From a virus, in IMG/VR virus record IMGVR_UViG_3300046747_000672, positions 32,001 to 96,000 of that record: a stretch of 64,000 bases of DNA. The stretch is one strand, 5' to 3'. A model generated the notes under the pieces. The model ran no database searches, was not told where the DNA came from, and was given only the letters and a program-made list of their open reading frames with translations. This document shows, in pieces, positions 32,090 through 40,687 of this stretch. Both the position numbers and the translations under genes were made by a program. The stretch's first letter is position 1. The number at the start of each line of letters is the position of its first letter.

Positions 32090-32593
32090 CTACTTTTTTT
32101 TCTGCCATCCTGCGGCGCGACAGGCAAATACGCGAAATCCCATCATTCGGGCGTCGACCCACCAGCGTGGGACATGGGTCTGTGTCTCTCGTGCGTGAGC
32201 GAGCGTGAACCCTTTGGCCAAATGTTCAGGCAGCGCGAGTTCGGCCGCCAGGAGAGTCTGCTCCGTGTCCGAGGAGTGTCGGCCTTCCTCTGCGAGGATG
32301 GCGCCTGCCAGGCATTGATAGACGTGCAATCCGACGTCCTGCGCATCGCCCGACCAGGCATAGTAGAGGCACCCGCCATCGAGTGACGGCGGCGGTGGCC
32401 GCGATCGCGTAACAGGTCTGAGTCGGTAGTTCAGTGCCAGCGCAAGATAGAGCGGATTCGTGAAAAGTGGCTTCTTGGCACGCGCGTACGCTTCCCTGGC
32501 GAGTCTTTCTCGGCGGTCGCGCGTCGCCCCCGTGCCGTCGTGGACATGTCGACCAAGCAAGAGTGCGGTAGTAGCGTCCCTTCCCATCCCCAT
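32090..32593 (-). CDS. Degenerate ImmA/IrrE-like protein
   Basis: NPLYLALAL..CLYY..E.TLLAAELALP layout of ImmA/IrrE; downstream of the repressor; lacks HExxH. Confidence 0.55.
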   Translation of the reverse strand: MGMGRDATTALLLGRHVHDGTGATRDRRERLAREAYARAKKPLFTNPLYLALALNYRLRPVTRSRPPPPSLDGGCLYYAWSGDAQDVGLHVYQCLAGAILAEEGRHSSDTEQTLLAAELALPEHLAKGFTLAHARETQTHVPRWWVDARMMGFRVFACRAAGWQKKK

Positions 32594-32871
32594 GATCGCT
32601 ACGAAACCATCCACCGTTGTGCCTAGGCAACAGTTTCTAGCCTATGGCATGATCTTTTCGCGAAGCGCGGGGGCGCCCCATTCCGCAAGCGTTTGATTCT
32701 GAGGGCGAAAGCGGCGCTTCGCTTCAGTAGAAGCGGGCAGGCTCAAGCTGCACATGCCTGGCAGAGTTAATTTTCGCTTTCGACCCACAAGCGCTCGCAC
32801 TGTTGAGCGGTGCGGGGTTGACGCCGCATCAGGGTTCTGATGCGGATCGCGGCCCCCATTTGCGGCGCCGC

Positions 32872-33477
32872 CTACTTCCTTCGCGATGCGCGGATGGCAT
32901 GGGCCGAGTGGTTCTTTGGACTGCTCGGCCGAGGAGCATCAGACTGTGGATGTAGGGGGCGCACGACGCCCTCCGCGCGCTCCTGCTCAAGGCGAAGTTC
33001 GCCCTCTACCCTCTGGACCTCCGCCTCGGTGGCGAACCGCCAGTGGAACGTGACGACCGCAAGCACGTCAGCGACGTCGTAGACGGGCTTGTTGCGGTGC
33101 GCAGGCATGCCCCCCGCGAGACGAAACGCCATGTCGGGCAGGTCCCGTCGATCCGGGTGCCGCATCGCGAAAGGCTCCGCCTCTCGGTAGGAGGGCGACT
33201 CCTTGTACGGGCGCGGCGCTGGGTCGATCCACTTGGGCTCCTTGCCCTCCACGAGCCATTCCAGGCGCACTTTGAGATGATCGGCGATCTTCTGGAGCAC
33301 GACGACGGTGGGCCCCGCCTTGGTCGACGGCTTCACGCCGGTCGCAGCGCGGCGGCGCGCCCTAGCCTCTAGGTTGCTGATGTAGCCGCCGCTGATGCCA
33401 GTTCGCCTGTAAAGTTCGTTGCTGGAAATCCCCGTCTCCTCCAGCACCTCTTTGATCCGGTCCGCAACGGTCGGCAT
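32872..33477 (-). CDS. CI-like repressor (XRE HTH)
   Basis: VADRIKEVLEETGISSNELYRRTGISGGYISNLE..LQKIADHLKVRLEWLVEGK; divergent from cro. Confidence 0.88.
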   Translation of the reverse strand: MPTVADRIKEVLEETGISSNELYRRTGISGGYISNLEARARRRAATGVKPSTKAGPTVVVLQKIADHLKVRLEWLVEGKEPKWIDPAPRPYKESPSYREAEPFAMRHPDRRDLPDMAFRLAGGMPAHRNKPVYDVADVLAVVTFHWRFATEAEVQRVEGELRLEQERAEGVVRPLHPQSDAPRPSSPKNHSAHAIRASRRK

Positions 33478-33550
33478 TTGTTGGGTTTCAACGCTATCTC
33501 AAGCCCGGGTCGAGATGCCACCTGACACCGCTGTCCACGTGCCCCCAGTC

Positions 33551-33588
33551 CGATTGCACTTGCAACCGATGGCAGTTGCCACTAGATT
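33551..33588 (+). promoter_or_regulatory. PR promoter with two tandem operators
   Basis: TTGCAA-17-TAGATT, overlapped by CGATTGCACTTGCAACCG and ATGGCAGTTGCCAC. Confidence 0.8.
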
Positions 33589-33602
33589 GGGTTTCGGACC
33601 GC

Positions 33603-33884
33603 ATGCGGACACTTCTCAGGACGAAATTCGGTGACAAATTCTCCGAAGGGGCGCGCCTTCTTTGGCTCGCGTGCATCAAAAACGGCTGGGATCAGAAGCG
33701 CCTTCGGGCACTTCTCGAATGCCCAGCTGGGTGCGTGAGCCGCTACCTCTGGGGCGATCGACGGCCCGACAGGGAGACGTCGAACAGACTTCTCAGAATC
33801 GCTGGCGTCCCGCCGACGACCTGGGACGAGCCGCCGCGCCGAGCGTTTACGCCGCCCAGCATCCTCAAGTCGAGGGCCGCGTAG
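33603..33884 (+). CDS. Cro-like HTH regulator
   Basis: WDQKRLRALLECPAGCVSRYLWGDRRP; first gene after PR. Confidence 0.75.
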   Translation: MRTLLRTKFGDKFSEGARLLWLACIKNGWDQKRLRALLECPAGCVSRYLWGDRRPDRETSNRLLRIAGVPPTTWDEPPRRAFTPPSILKSRAA

Positions 33885-34460
33885 ATGGCCGCAACCGTCT
33901 ACATTTACACCCTCGGCGAACCTGGCGTGGGCGAGGTCCGTTACGTCGGGCAGAGCGTCGATCCCAAGGCGCGACTCGCGAGCCATCTCTCCGACTCTGC
34001 AGCTGGCCCCGTTCGAACTTGGATTGCGTTTCTCCGGGAGACGGGCCGGACACCGGTCCTGTCGATCGTCGATGAGACGTCGAAGGATGGCGCCGACGCA
34101 CTCGAATACAAGTGGATCGAGTACTTCCGACGGCCGCGCCTTCTCAACGCCGATCGCCCCGAGCCGGTTGCGCCGAAGCCGCGAAAGAAAGCTCCGCCGT
34201 CCGGTCTTGCGGACCGTGTAAGGGCTCTCCGCGTCAGCCGACAGCTCACTCAAGAGCAGCTCGCCATTCGCTCCGGCGGTCTTCTGACTCGCAACGACGT
34301 GAACAAGGTCGAGTGCGGACTGAACAAGGGGCGCTCGCATCGCATTCGAGAAGGTCTCGCGAACGCCTTCGAGCTCGACTCGTCGATCATGAACGCATTT
34401 TTGAACGGCACGGTCAGCGCGGAATTGCTGATCGAGCCCCCGATCCGAGAGGCATCGTGA
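33885..34460 (+). CDS. GIY-YIG nuclease fused to a C-terminal XRE HTH
   Basis: VYIYTL..VRYVGQS..RLASH..EYKWI..LLN; LADRVRALRVSRQLTQEQLA. Confidence 0.8.
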   Translation: MAATVYIYTLGEPGVGEVRYVGQSVDPKARLASHLSDSAAGPVRTWIAFLRETGRTPVLSIVDETSKDGADALEYKWIEYFRRPRLLNADRPEPVAPKPRKKAPPSGLADRVRALRVSRQLTQEQLAIRSGGLLTRNDVNKVECGLNKGRSHRIREGLANAFELDSSIMNAFLNGTVSAELLIEPPIREAS

Positions 34461-34678
34461 ATGCCCGCCTACCGCCGCCTCCCCGTCCCACCCTTCTCGC
34501 CGCCCGCGTGGCGCTCGTGGTCCGAGCCGACCGACGGCTCCTGGATCTCGTACACGACGATCGAAGGCCGCGTCGTCCACTTCGCGAATCGCGACAAGTA
34601 CGGCGCCGTCCTGCCGTACTCGCCCCACCACCCGCACCCGACCGCGGGGCAGTGGCGCACGGGGGAACGATGCCCGAT

Positions 34679-34981
34679 CTAGCCCTTCTCTTCGGGGTCC
34701 GCCTTCGCGATCTCGTCGTGATCGAACGTCACCCTGCCAGGCGGCGGGGGAGGCGGCTGGAGGTCTCCTGGCGCAGCGGGCAGCGGGGGCACGACGGGCA
34801 GCATCTCCTTTGCCTCCCAGGTCACGGCCGCCTCGCAGCGCGTCCCATCGTCGCCGATCGGAACGCCGCACGGCGGGAGTCGCTCGCCGTAGACCGCGCT
34901 GGCCTTCGTTTCGTGCCCCAAGTCGCAGACGCCCACGAGTTCCGTTGCCCGATGTATCGGGGCGCCCGTTCGCTGCGGCAT
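34679..34981 (-). CDS. Antisense-oriented hypothetical protein (100 aa)
   Basis: Strong AAGGAGG RBS; natural composition (CDLGH..C..C, Pro-rich linker). Confidence 0.6.
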   Translation of the reverse strand: MPQRTGAPIHRATELVGVCDLGHETKASAVYGERLPPCGVPIGDDGTRCEAAVTWEAKEMLPVVPPLPAAPGDLQPPPPPPGRVTFDHDEIAKADPEEKG

Positions 34982-35009
34982 CTCCCCCTCCTTTCGTCGG
35001 AGGCGCGCC

Positions 35010-35390
35010 ATGGTTGACCGCCTCCAGAGCCACGCTACGCCGACGGGCGAGCGCCACAATCCTGAGAATCCGTCGCCTGGACAGGCGTGTGGGGCGGAGT
35101 TGCCCCGGGTCGACGTGGATGCCATTCGGGCGCGGCTCGCGAAAGCGAGCTCCAAGCCGTGGCAGCTTGCCGGGACGTATCCTGACGTCACCGTTCTCGA
35201 CGGCACCGCGGACTCGCGGTTCGTCGCTGAATGCAGCGACACGGACGACGCCAGCTTCATCGCTCACGCGAGCGCCGATGTGCCCGCCCTTTGCGACGAG
35301 GTCGAGCGCCTGCGCGCCGAGCTCGCCAAGACCGAGCAGGAACTCGTGGTCGCCACGAAGTTCGTCCTGCTGGCGCTGGGAGGCAAATAG
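35010..35390 (+). CDS. Ead/Ea22-like protein
   Basis: IRARLAKAS..PW..DASFIAHA..VPALCDEVERLRAE. Confidence 0.65.
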   Translation: MVDRLQSHATPTGERHNPENPSPGQACGAELPRVDVDAIRARLAKASSKPWQLAGTYPDVTVLDGTADSRFVAECSDTDDASFIAHASADVPALCDEVERLRAELAKTEQELVVATKFVLLALGGK

Positions 35391-35965
35391 ACAATGCCCC
35401 GGCGTCCGCTTCTCTCGTGCTTCCGTCTGTGGGACCGCCCTACGGAGACTCATGATGCGGCAAAGGTGCCCACGGCCGGCGCGCCGCTCAAGACTGAGCG
35501 CCTGAGCAACCCTGAACTTTCGGGGGCCGAATGCACTGAACATTGCCCGCCAACGGTAAGGAGCGGTCCGCTGCCGTTCGAGGAGCCGAACCCGAGCGCG
35601 ACGGGGACCATCTTCTATCTGCCACGCGAGTCGGGCGCCGACGAGTTCGTGGCGTTTGTGCCTGGCAACGAGCCCGTGTGGGAGCTCCGAGACCACGACG
35701 AGGCGCAGCGGCGCCTTCGCGAGGCGATGTCCGCGCGGCCAGGCATCGCGAAAACGGTCGGCGCGCCACGCCCGAAGACGGCGGCGGGAGGTGGAGAGTG
35801 ATGGCGTTTCCGCTCGTCCCGCTCCCGTTTTCACGTGCACACGCCCCCGGCGACGACGATAGCCGCCACGTCGCATCTCGTCTCCCGGGCGACCGGTCGA
35901 GCGACGAACGACGGATGCGCGGGCGGGCGATGAGAGTTGAGCGCGCTGCGGCGCAGGAGGTCTGA

Positions 35966-37054
35966 ATGGGTGAATCGTTAAGAGATCGATTGAAGGTTGG
36001 GGCGCGAGTCCGAAGCATGCGCGTGGGATCGCTCGGGCGCGGTTTGTTTCCGGATGGGGCAATAGCGGACGTCACCGGCGTCGGCGACGTCAGGGTTTTG
36101 GGCTCCACGTTCGATTTCGCGGCTCGGATTCAGGACGGCGTCGCCCCCGCCTTGGGTCACGCGAGCGAGCAAGGTTTCTTATGGGCAGAACTCGAAGCCG
36201 GCGACGTCGTGATCGTGGAGGACGAGCCGAAGGGGTGGTGCGTTCGATGGGACATGCCACGCGATGAGGTCCGATGGCTTGATCGCCCCAAACTGTGCAG
36301 TTGGCCGGTCGATCCGTCGAAGGCTCTCGTCTACGACTCGCGCGAGGAGGCCGAGACGTACATTCGCGACAGTGGCGTGCGCGACTGCCTCGTCGTCCAC
36401 GCCCCGCCCGAAGCCATCGCGGCGGCGAAGAAGCGGGATACGATTCCGGCGCCGCCGTCCGTCGGCACCAAAGCGCGCGGCGAGGTCTGCGGTCAATCGC
36501 TGGCATCCTTCTACCTCATGCGAGGAAATCAGCTCGTCGCGGCCGATGGCACCGTGTTTGTTGTGACTTGCAGCGGCGGCGTTTTCGCTGGAAACCCATT
36601 TCCGATCGAGTGCGCTAAAGCCGGCGTGGCTGGCAATCGAGCGCCCGGCGCCGTGCTTCGGTGGCGGCCGTTTCCGCCGCCGCACGCTCCAGAATTTGTG
36701 GTGGTGACCGCTGCCGGCCTCACCGGCGGCAGCAACGGCGACGAGTTCGCGCACACGGTCAAGGTCGACGCGCGGGTCGGCGTCCGCGGCGTCCGCGAAC
36801 TCTCCGGCGATGTGGTCGGACCGAATCCGGCGCGCTCGACAGACAATGCGCTACCGGTCCTCGCCTGCCGGCTCTTCATCGAGGACAACGCCGCCGACAT
36901 CGAGCTCCGCTCCGAAGCGTCCTACCGACTACCGCCCGACCAGCAGCCGGCGCGCGATCGCGCGGCTCTGACGATGTGGCAGTTGGCGTCGCCTGCGACC
37001 CGCCAGCGCTATGCAGAGCGCGCCGCGCGCCTCTTCTCCGTGGGAGGCAAGTAA
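35966..37054 (+). CDS. Hypothetical protein (362 aa)
   Basis: AGGAGG RBS; long ORF. Confidence 0.7.
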   Translation: MGESLRDRLKVGARVRSMRVGSLGRGLFPDGAIADVTGVGDVRVLGSTFDFAARIQDGVAPALGHASEQGFLWAELEAGDVVIVEDEPKGWCVRWDMPRDEVRWLDRPKLCSWPVDPSKALVYDSREEAETYIRDSGVRDCLVVHAPPEAIAAAKKRDTIPAPPSVGTKARGEVCGQSLASFYLMRGNQLVAADGTVFVVTCSGGVFAGNPFPIECAKAGVAGNRAPGAVLRWRPFPPPHAPEFVVVTAAGLTGGSNGDEFAHTVKVDARVGVRGVRELSGDVVGPNPARSTDNALPVLACRLFIEDNAADIELRSEASYRLPPDQQPARDRAALTMWQLASPATRQRYAERAARLFSVGGK

Positions 37055-38467
37055 TGCGCGAGCGCATCTACAAGATGGGCGACACCGTTCGCGCGAAGTT
37101 CCAAATCAACGTCATCCCCAAGGGCAGCTTCGGGACCGTCATCGTTTGTGGCTGCGACCCGGACAAGGAGTGCGTCCAGTTCAAGGAGACGACGATGCAC
37201 TTCTCGCCCGTCACGATCGGGTGGGTGGAGCGGGCGGCCGATGCCGATGCACCCAAGGTCAGGCTTCTTCCGTCGAGCACAATTACGTCGCGGGGATGGG
37301 TGCTCGTGCCCCGCGCGCACGTCGCCTCATCGCCGGACGACCTCGCGCTCTCCTTGCAACTCGCCCGCGCCCTTGCCGAAACCGAGGAACTCCGCGCCGC
37401 CAAGGCCTCGCTTGAAGCGGAGCGCAACGACCTCCTCGCGCGCAACGCGAAGCTCGCCGACGTCGCGGCAACCCGGGACGAGATCGACGCCCACCGCGCT
37501 CGCCTGATGGACGAGAACATCAAGTTTCGCCGCGAGCTGGAGCGCGCCGCGCCGAACTTCATCGCGACCTACGACCGGAACCGGGGCAAGAAGTGATGCG
37601 CGCCGGCACCCTCGTCGCCATCGTCTGCATCATTGCCTTCGCCAGGCACGTCTGGGAATACTCCCACAGCAGCCCGCCCGCTGTTGAGGCGGCCGCGCAG
37701 TTCAGCGGGTGGCTGATGGGTTTTGGCGAGGCGGCGATTGCCTTCGGCGCTGGGTTCGCCTTGACGTGGTTCAGGCGGGCGCTTGGAGTCGAGCATGAAT
37801 GACCTTTTCGCCGGGCTTGCCGTGCTGTTCGAGGCGGGCCTCATCGTCGCCTTCGTGGCGAGTGTCGTCGGGGCACGAGGCGGACGATGACCGTCACCAT
37901 CCTCTCGCCGATCGCCGGCCCGAAGCTCCGCTGCTTGCGCTGTAACGTCCTCCGCGCCTTCGAGCGGAAGGGCGCGCTCGATGTCGTCTGGCGCTGGAGC
38001 CCGTTCAAAATGTCGCAGCGTGCCGCGTTCCGGAAGGAGCATGTGCGCTGCCGTTCGGAAGGAGTCGCGTCGTAATGTGTTCTTGCGATTCAGGCGACGG
38101 GCCGGACTTTACGGCTTACGTCAACCGCCGAGCGCGGAAGCCGCACCGGTGCTGCGAGTGCCAGCGGACGATCCGTGTTGGCGACATCTACCAGCGCATC
38201 TCTGTCGGCTACGAGAGGACCGTATCGTCGTATTCGTCGTGCGTCGCGTGCGCCCGTCTTTCGCACGCGTTCTGGCTTGTTGGCGATGGCGATTGCGCGC
38301 CACTCTTTGGCGAACTTCTCGAATGCACGCGCGAACTGATTCGCGAGGACATGTTCGGCGAAGACAAGACGGCGACCGAGCGAAGGATTGTGGAGGCGTT
38401 CATGGCGCCAAGCAGAACGGAGCGCCTCGCCGCCAAGTCGATTACGGAGGATCGGCCGACGCCATGA
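37054..38467 (+). CDS. Hypothetical ORFs (37054-37596, 37593-37802 membrane, 37887-38075, 38075-38467 Cys-rich)
   Basis: Coupled ORFs. Confidence 0.6.
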
Positions 38468-38769
38468 CCGACGAGCTCAAAACCTGCCGCGCCTGCGGCA
38501 TCGAGAAGCCCGTCGGGCCAGGTGGCGCGTTCTCGCCCACGCGCGGCGACTGGCGTCCGGAGTGCCGCGAGTGCGATGCCGAACGTCGCCGCAAGCTCCG
38601 CCGCCCGACGATGAACGATGTTCCGCCGGTCGAGGAAGGCGTACCGGCGAGCTACGAGCAGATCGCCGCGGTGATGGATACGACCGTGTCTGCCGTGCAG
38701 AACCTCGAACGGCGGGCGCTGCGGAAGCTGGCGCACAACCATACTGCTCGGAAGGAGTGGGCGTCGTGA
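38464..38769 (+). CDS. Zn-ribbon plus sigma70 region-4 HTH protein
   Basis: KTCRACG..CREC; SYEQIAAVMDTTVSAVQNLERRALRKL. Confidence 0.8.
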   Translation: MTDELKTCRACGIEKPVGPGGAFSPTRGDWRPECRECDAERRRKLRRPTMNDVPPVEEGVPASYEQIAAVMDTTVSAVQNLERRALRKLAHNHTARKEWAS

Positions 38770-39038
38770 ACTGCCAGCCGATCGACAACATGTCTTCCGC
38801 GTGCGCGAAGACCGCGGAGGCAATTGCGGCGAGCCGAGGATTTACGCTCGCCGAACTGCTGCCACGAGACAGGACTCGTCCGCTTGCTTGGACGCGCCAG
38901 CACATCTGGGCCGAACTCCACGCAAGCGGCATCGGTTACCGGCGGATCGCCAAGCTGTTCGGCGTTCACAAGACGACCGTCCAGTACGGCGTTGACGCAC
39001 ACTTGAATCGGCAGCCTCGCGCAAGGAGAGCCATATGA
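38766..39038 (+). CDS. DnaA domain IV-like HTH protein
   Basis: FTLAELL..RTRPLAWTRQ..GYRRIAKLFGVHKTTVQYGV. Confidence 0.75.
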   Translation: MNCQPIDNMSSACAKTAEAIAASRGFTLAELLPRDRTRPLAWTRQHIWAELHASGIGYRRIAKLFGVHKTTVQYGVDAHLNRQPRARRAI

Positions 39039-39449
39039 CCCACGACTCCGACCTCCTCGCCGAGCTCGACCATCTGATCGAGCTCATCCAATCGGCGCCG
39101 ATCGTCGCCGCCTTCGACAGCGAAGGCAACGGTCCGATTCTCTCGATCGCCGACAACCACTTGTTCGGGGACGATGGCCCCATTCGCAAGCAGGCCGCTC
39201 GGGTGCGCGAGCTCGCCATGCAAGCAGAACTCGACCGCGAACTCGCCGAGCGCATGAAGGGTGAAGGAAAATGAAGCTTGTAACGGACGCTCCAAGCCCG
39301 CATCGGTGCGGCAAGCACCACGAGATGCTGTCGGACGTATTGGAGTCCGACGGCGCGATCAGCCGCGTCTGCGGGGTCTGCTGCTCGCTCCGCGAGATCG
39401 ACGTCGTGCGCGGCCTGCATGTCCGCGTGGCGGCGGAGAGGAGGGTTGG

Positions 39450-40136
39450 GTGAACCATTTCAATTGCCGCCCATGGACCTCGCAGGAACTCGACGCCCTG
39501 CGCTCTCGCTACCTGACTGTTGCCGCCGACACGCTCTCTGCCGAGCTCCGCCGGTCGCGTTCCGCCATCTTTCACAAGGCGACACGCCTCGGACTCGTAA
39601 AGAACCGTCGATGGACGGCGGCGGACGACAATGCGCTCCGATACCTGTGGGGAGAGCTACCGCTTCGACAGATCGCCGACAAGCTAGGCCGGTCGCCGCT
39701 CACCATCTACTGGCGCGCCCAGAAGATCGGACTTTCGCTCGGCGTCGCAGACGGGTCCGAATACCTGAGTCACGCCGCCGCTCGAGCCGGCTACACGAGC
39801 GTGCAGCTTCGGAGGATTCTGAAGTGGGCCGGCGTTCGCGTTCGTCGAGCTATGTCGCGCAACACCAGAAACGGGCGACGCGTGCCGCATATCGTGGTGC
39901 CATTTGACGTCGACGAGGCCATTGCGGCATGGCACCGAACGGAGACCGTTGAGGAAGCGGCGCGGCGGCACGGCATCTGCGGCGACACGCTCCGAAGGTG
40001 GTTGATCGAGGCGGCCGATGCTGGCGCGAAGGTCCCGAAGAAACCGACGCGGTTTCGCGCGCACTGGCGAGTCGAAACGGTAACGCTCGATGAGGTTGTT
40101 CGGGCGCGACTAGGCGAGAGCAGGAGGGCCGCTTGA
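39450..40136 (+). CDS. Multi-HTH (Myb-like repeat) DNA-binding protein
   Basis: Two WT..E/D..L repeats (WTSQELDALR, WTAADDNALR) plus a C-terminal HTH. Confidence 0.7.
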   Translation: MNHFNCRPWTSQELDALRSRYLTVAADTLSAELRRSRSAIFHKATRLGLVKNRRWTAADDNALRYLWGELPLRQIADKLGRSPLTIYWRAQKIGLSLGVADGSEYLSHAAARAGYTSVQLRRILKWAGVRVRRAMSRNTRNGRRVPHIVVPFDVDEAIAAWHRTETVEEAARRHGICGDTLRRWLIEAADAGAKVPKKPTRFRAHWRVETVTLDEVVRARLGESRRAA

Positions 40137-40687
40137 CGCAATCCGTTCTCCGCATCGGCAACGAGCCCGTCCAGAAACCCGGCCGGTCGAAGCAGGACTA
40201 CGAGACCCCGCCCGACCTCATCGCCGCCATCGAGGCGCGATGGGGCAAACTCACCGTCGACCTCGCGGCGCGCGCCGACAACGCGAAGTGTCCGCGCTTC
40301 ATCACGCCGGAGCAAGACTCGCTGGTTCAGGATTGGGCGGCGTGGATCGGCGACGGCATCGGGTGGCTGAACCCGGAGTTCGCCGACATCTCGGAGTGGG
40401 CAGCGAAGTGCGCCGGATGCATTGGCATCAGGGCCATCATGCTCACGCCAGCGTCGATCGGCAGCGAGTGGTTCGCTGACCATTGCGAACTGACCGCGAA
40501 AGTCGTCGGGCTCCGACCGCGGATCTGCTTTGGCGGATGCCATCAGCTCTACCCGGCGAAGCACCCGAAAGCCGGACAACGTAACTGTGACGAGTCGTGC
40601 TTTGGCTGCGCGACCTATCCCAAAGATTGCATGCTGACGCTGTGGGGATTCGGGCCGCCGACGTTCGAGTCGTGGAGGTGGAAGTGA
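40133..40687 (+). CDS. Phage N6-adenine DNA methyltransferase (phage Dam-like)
   Basis: QDYETPP..VDLAA..NAKC..FIT.EQDSL.QDW..WLNPEF. Confidence 0.8.
   Translation: MTQSVLRIGNEPVQKPGRSKQDYETPPDLIAAIEARWGKLTVDLAARADNAKCPRFITPEQDSLVQDWAAWIGDGIGWLNPEFADISEWAAKCAGCIGIRAIMLTPASIGSEWFADHCELTAKVVGLRPRICFGGCHQLYPAKHPKAGQRNCDESCFGCATYPKDCMLTLWGFGPPTFESWRWK

Noticed and set aside
32615-32871. Regulatory RNA between the repressor and the ImmA-like gene
   Set aside because: Only a few short GC hairpins, no more than expected by chance or as a terminator
33582-36062. 826-aa minus-strand ORF and many other long Arg/Ala/Pro-rich ORFs in the track
   Set aside because: Shadow frames of real genes in high-GC DNA; no motifs or RBS, and they overlap coupled genes on the other strand
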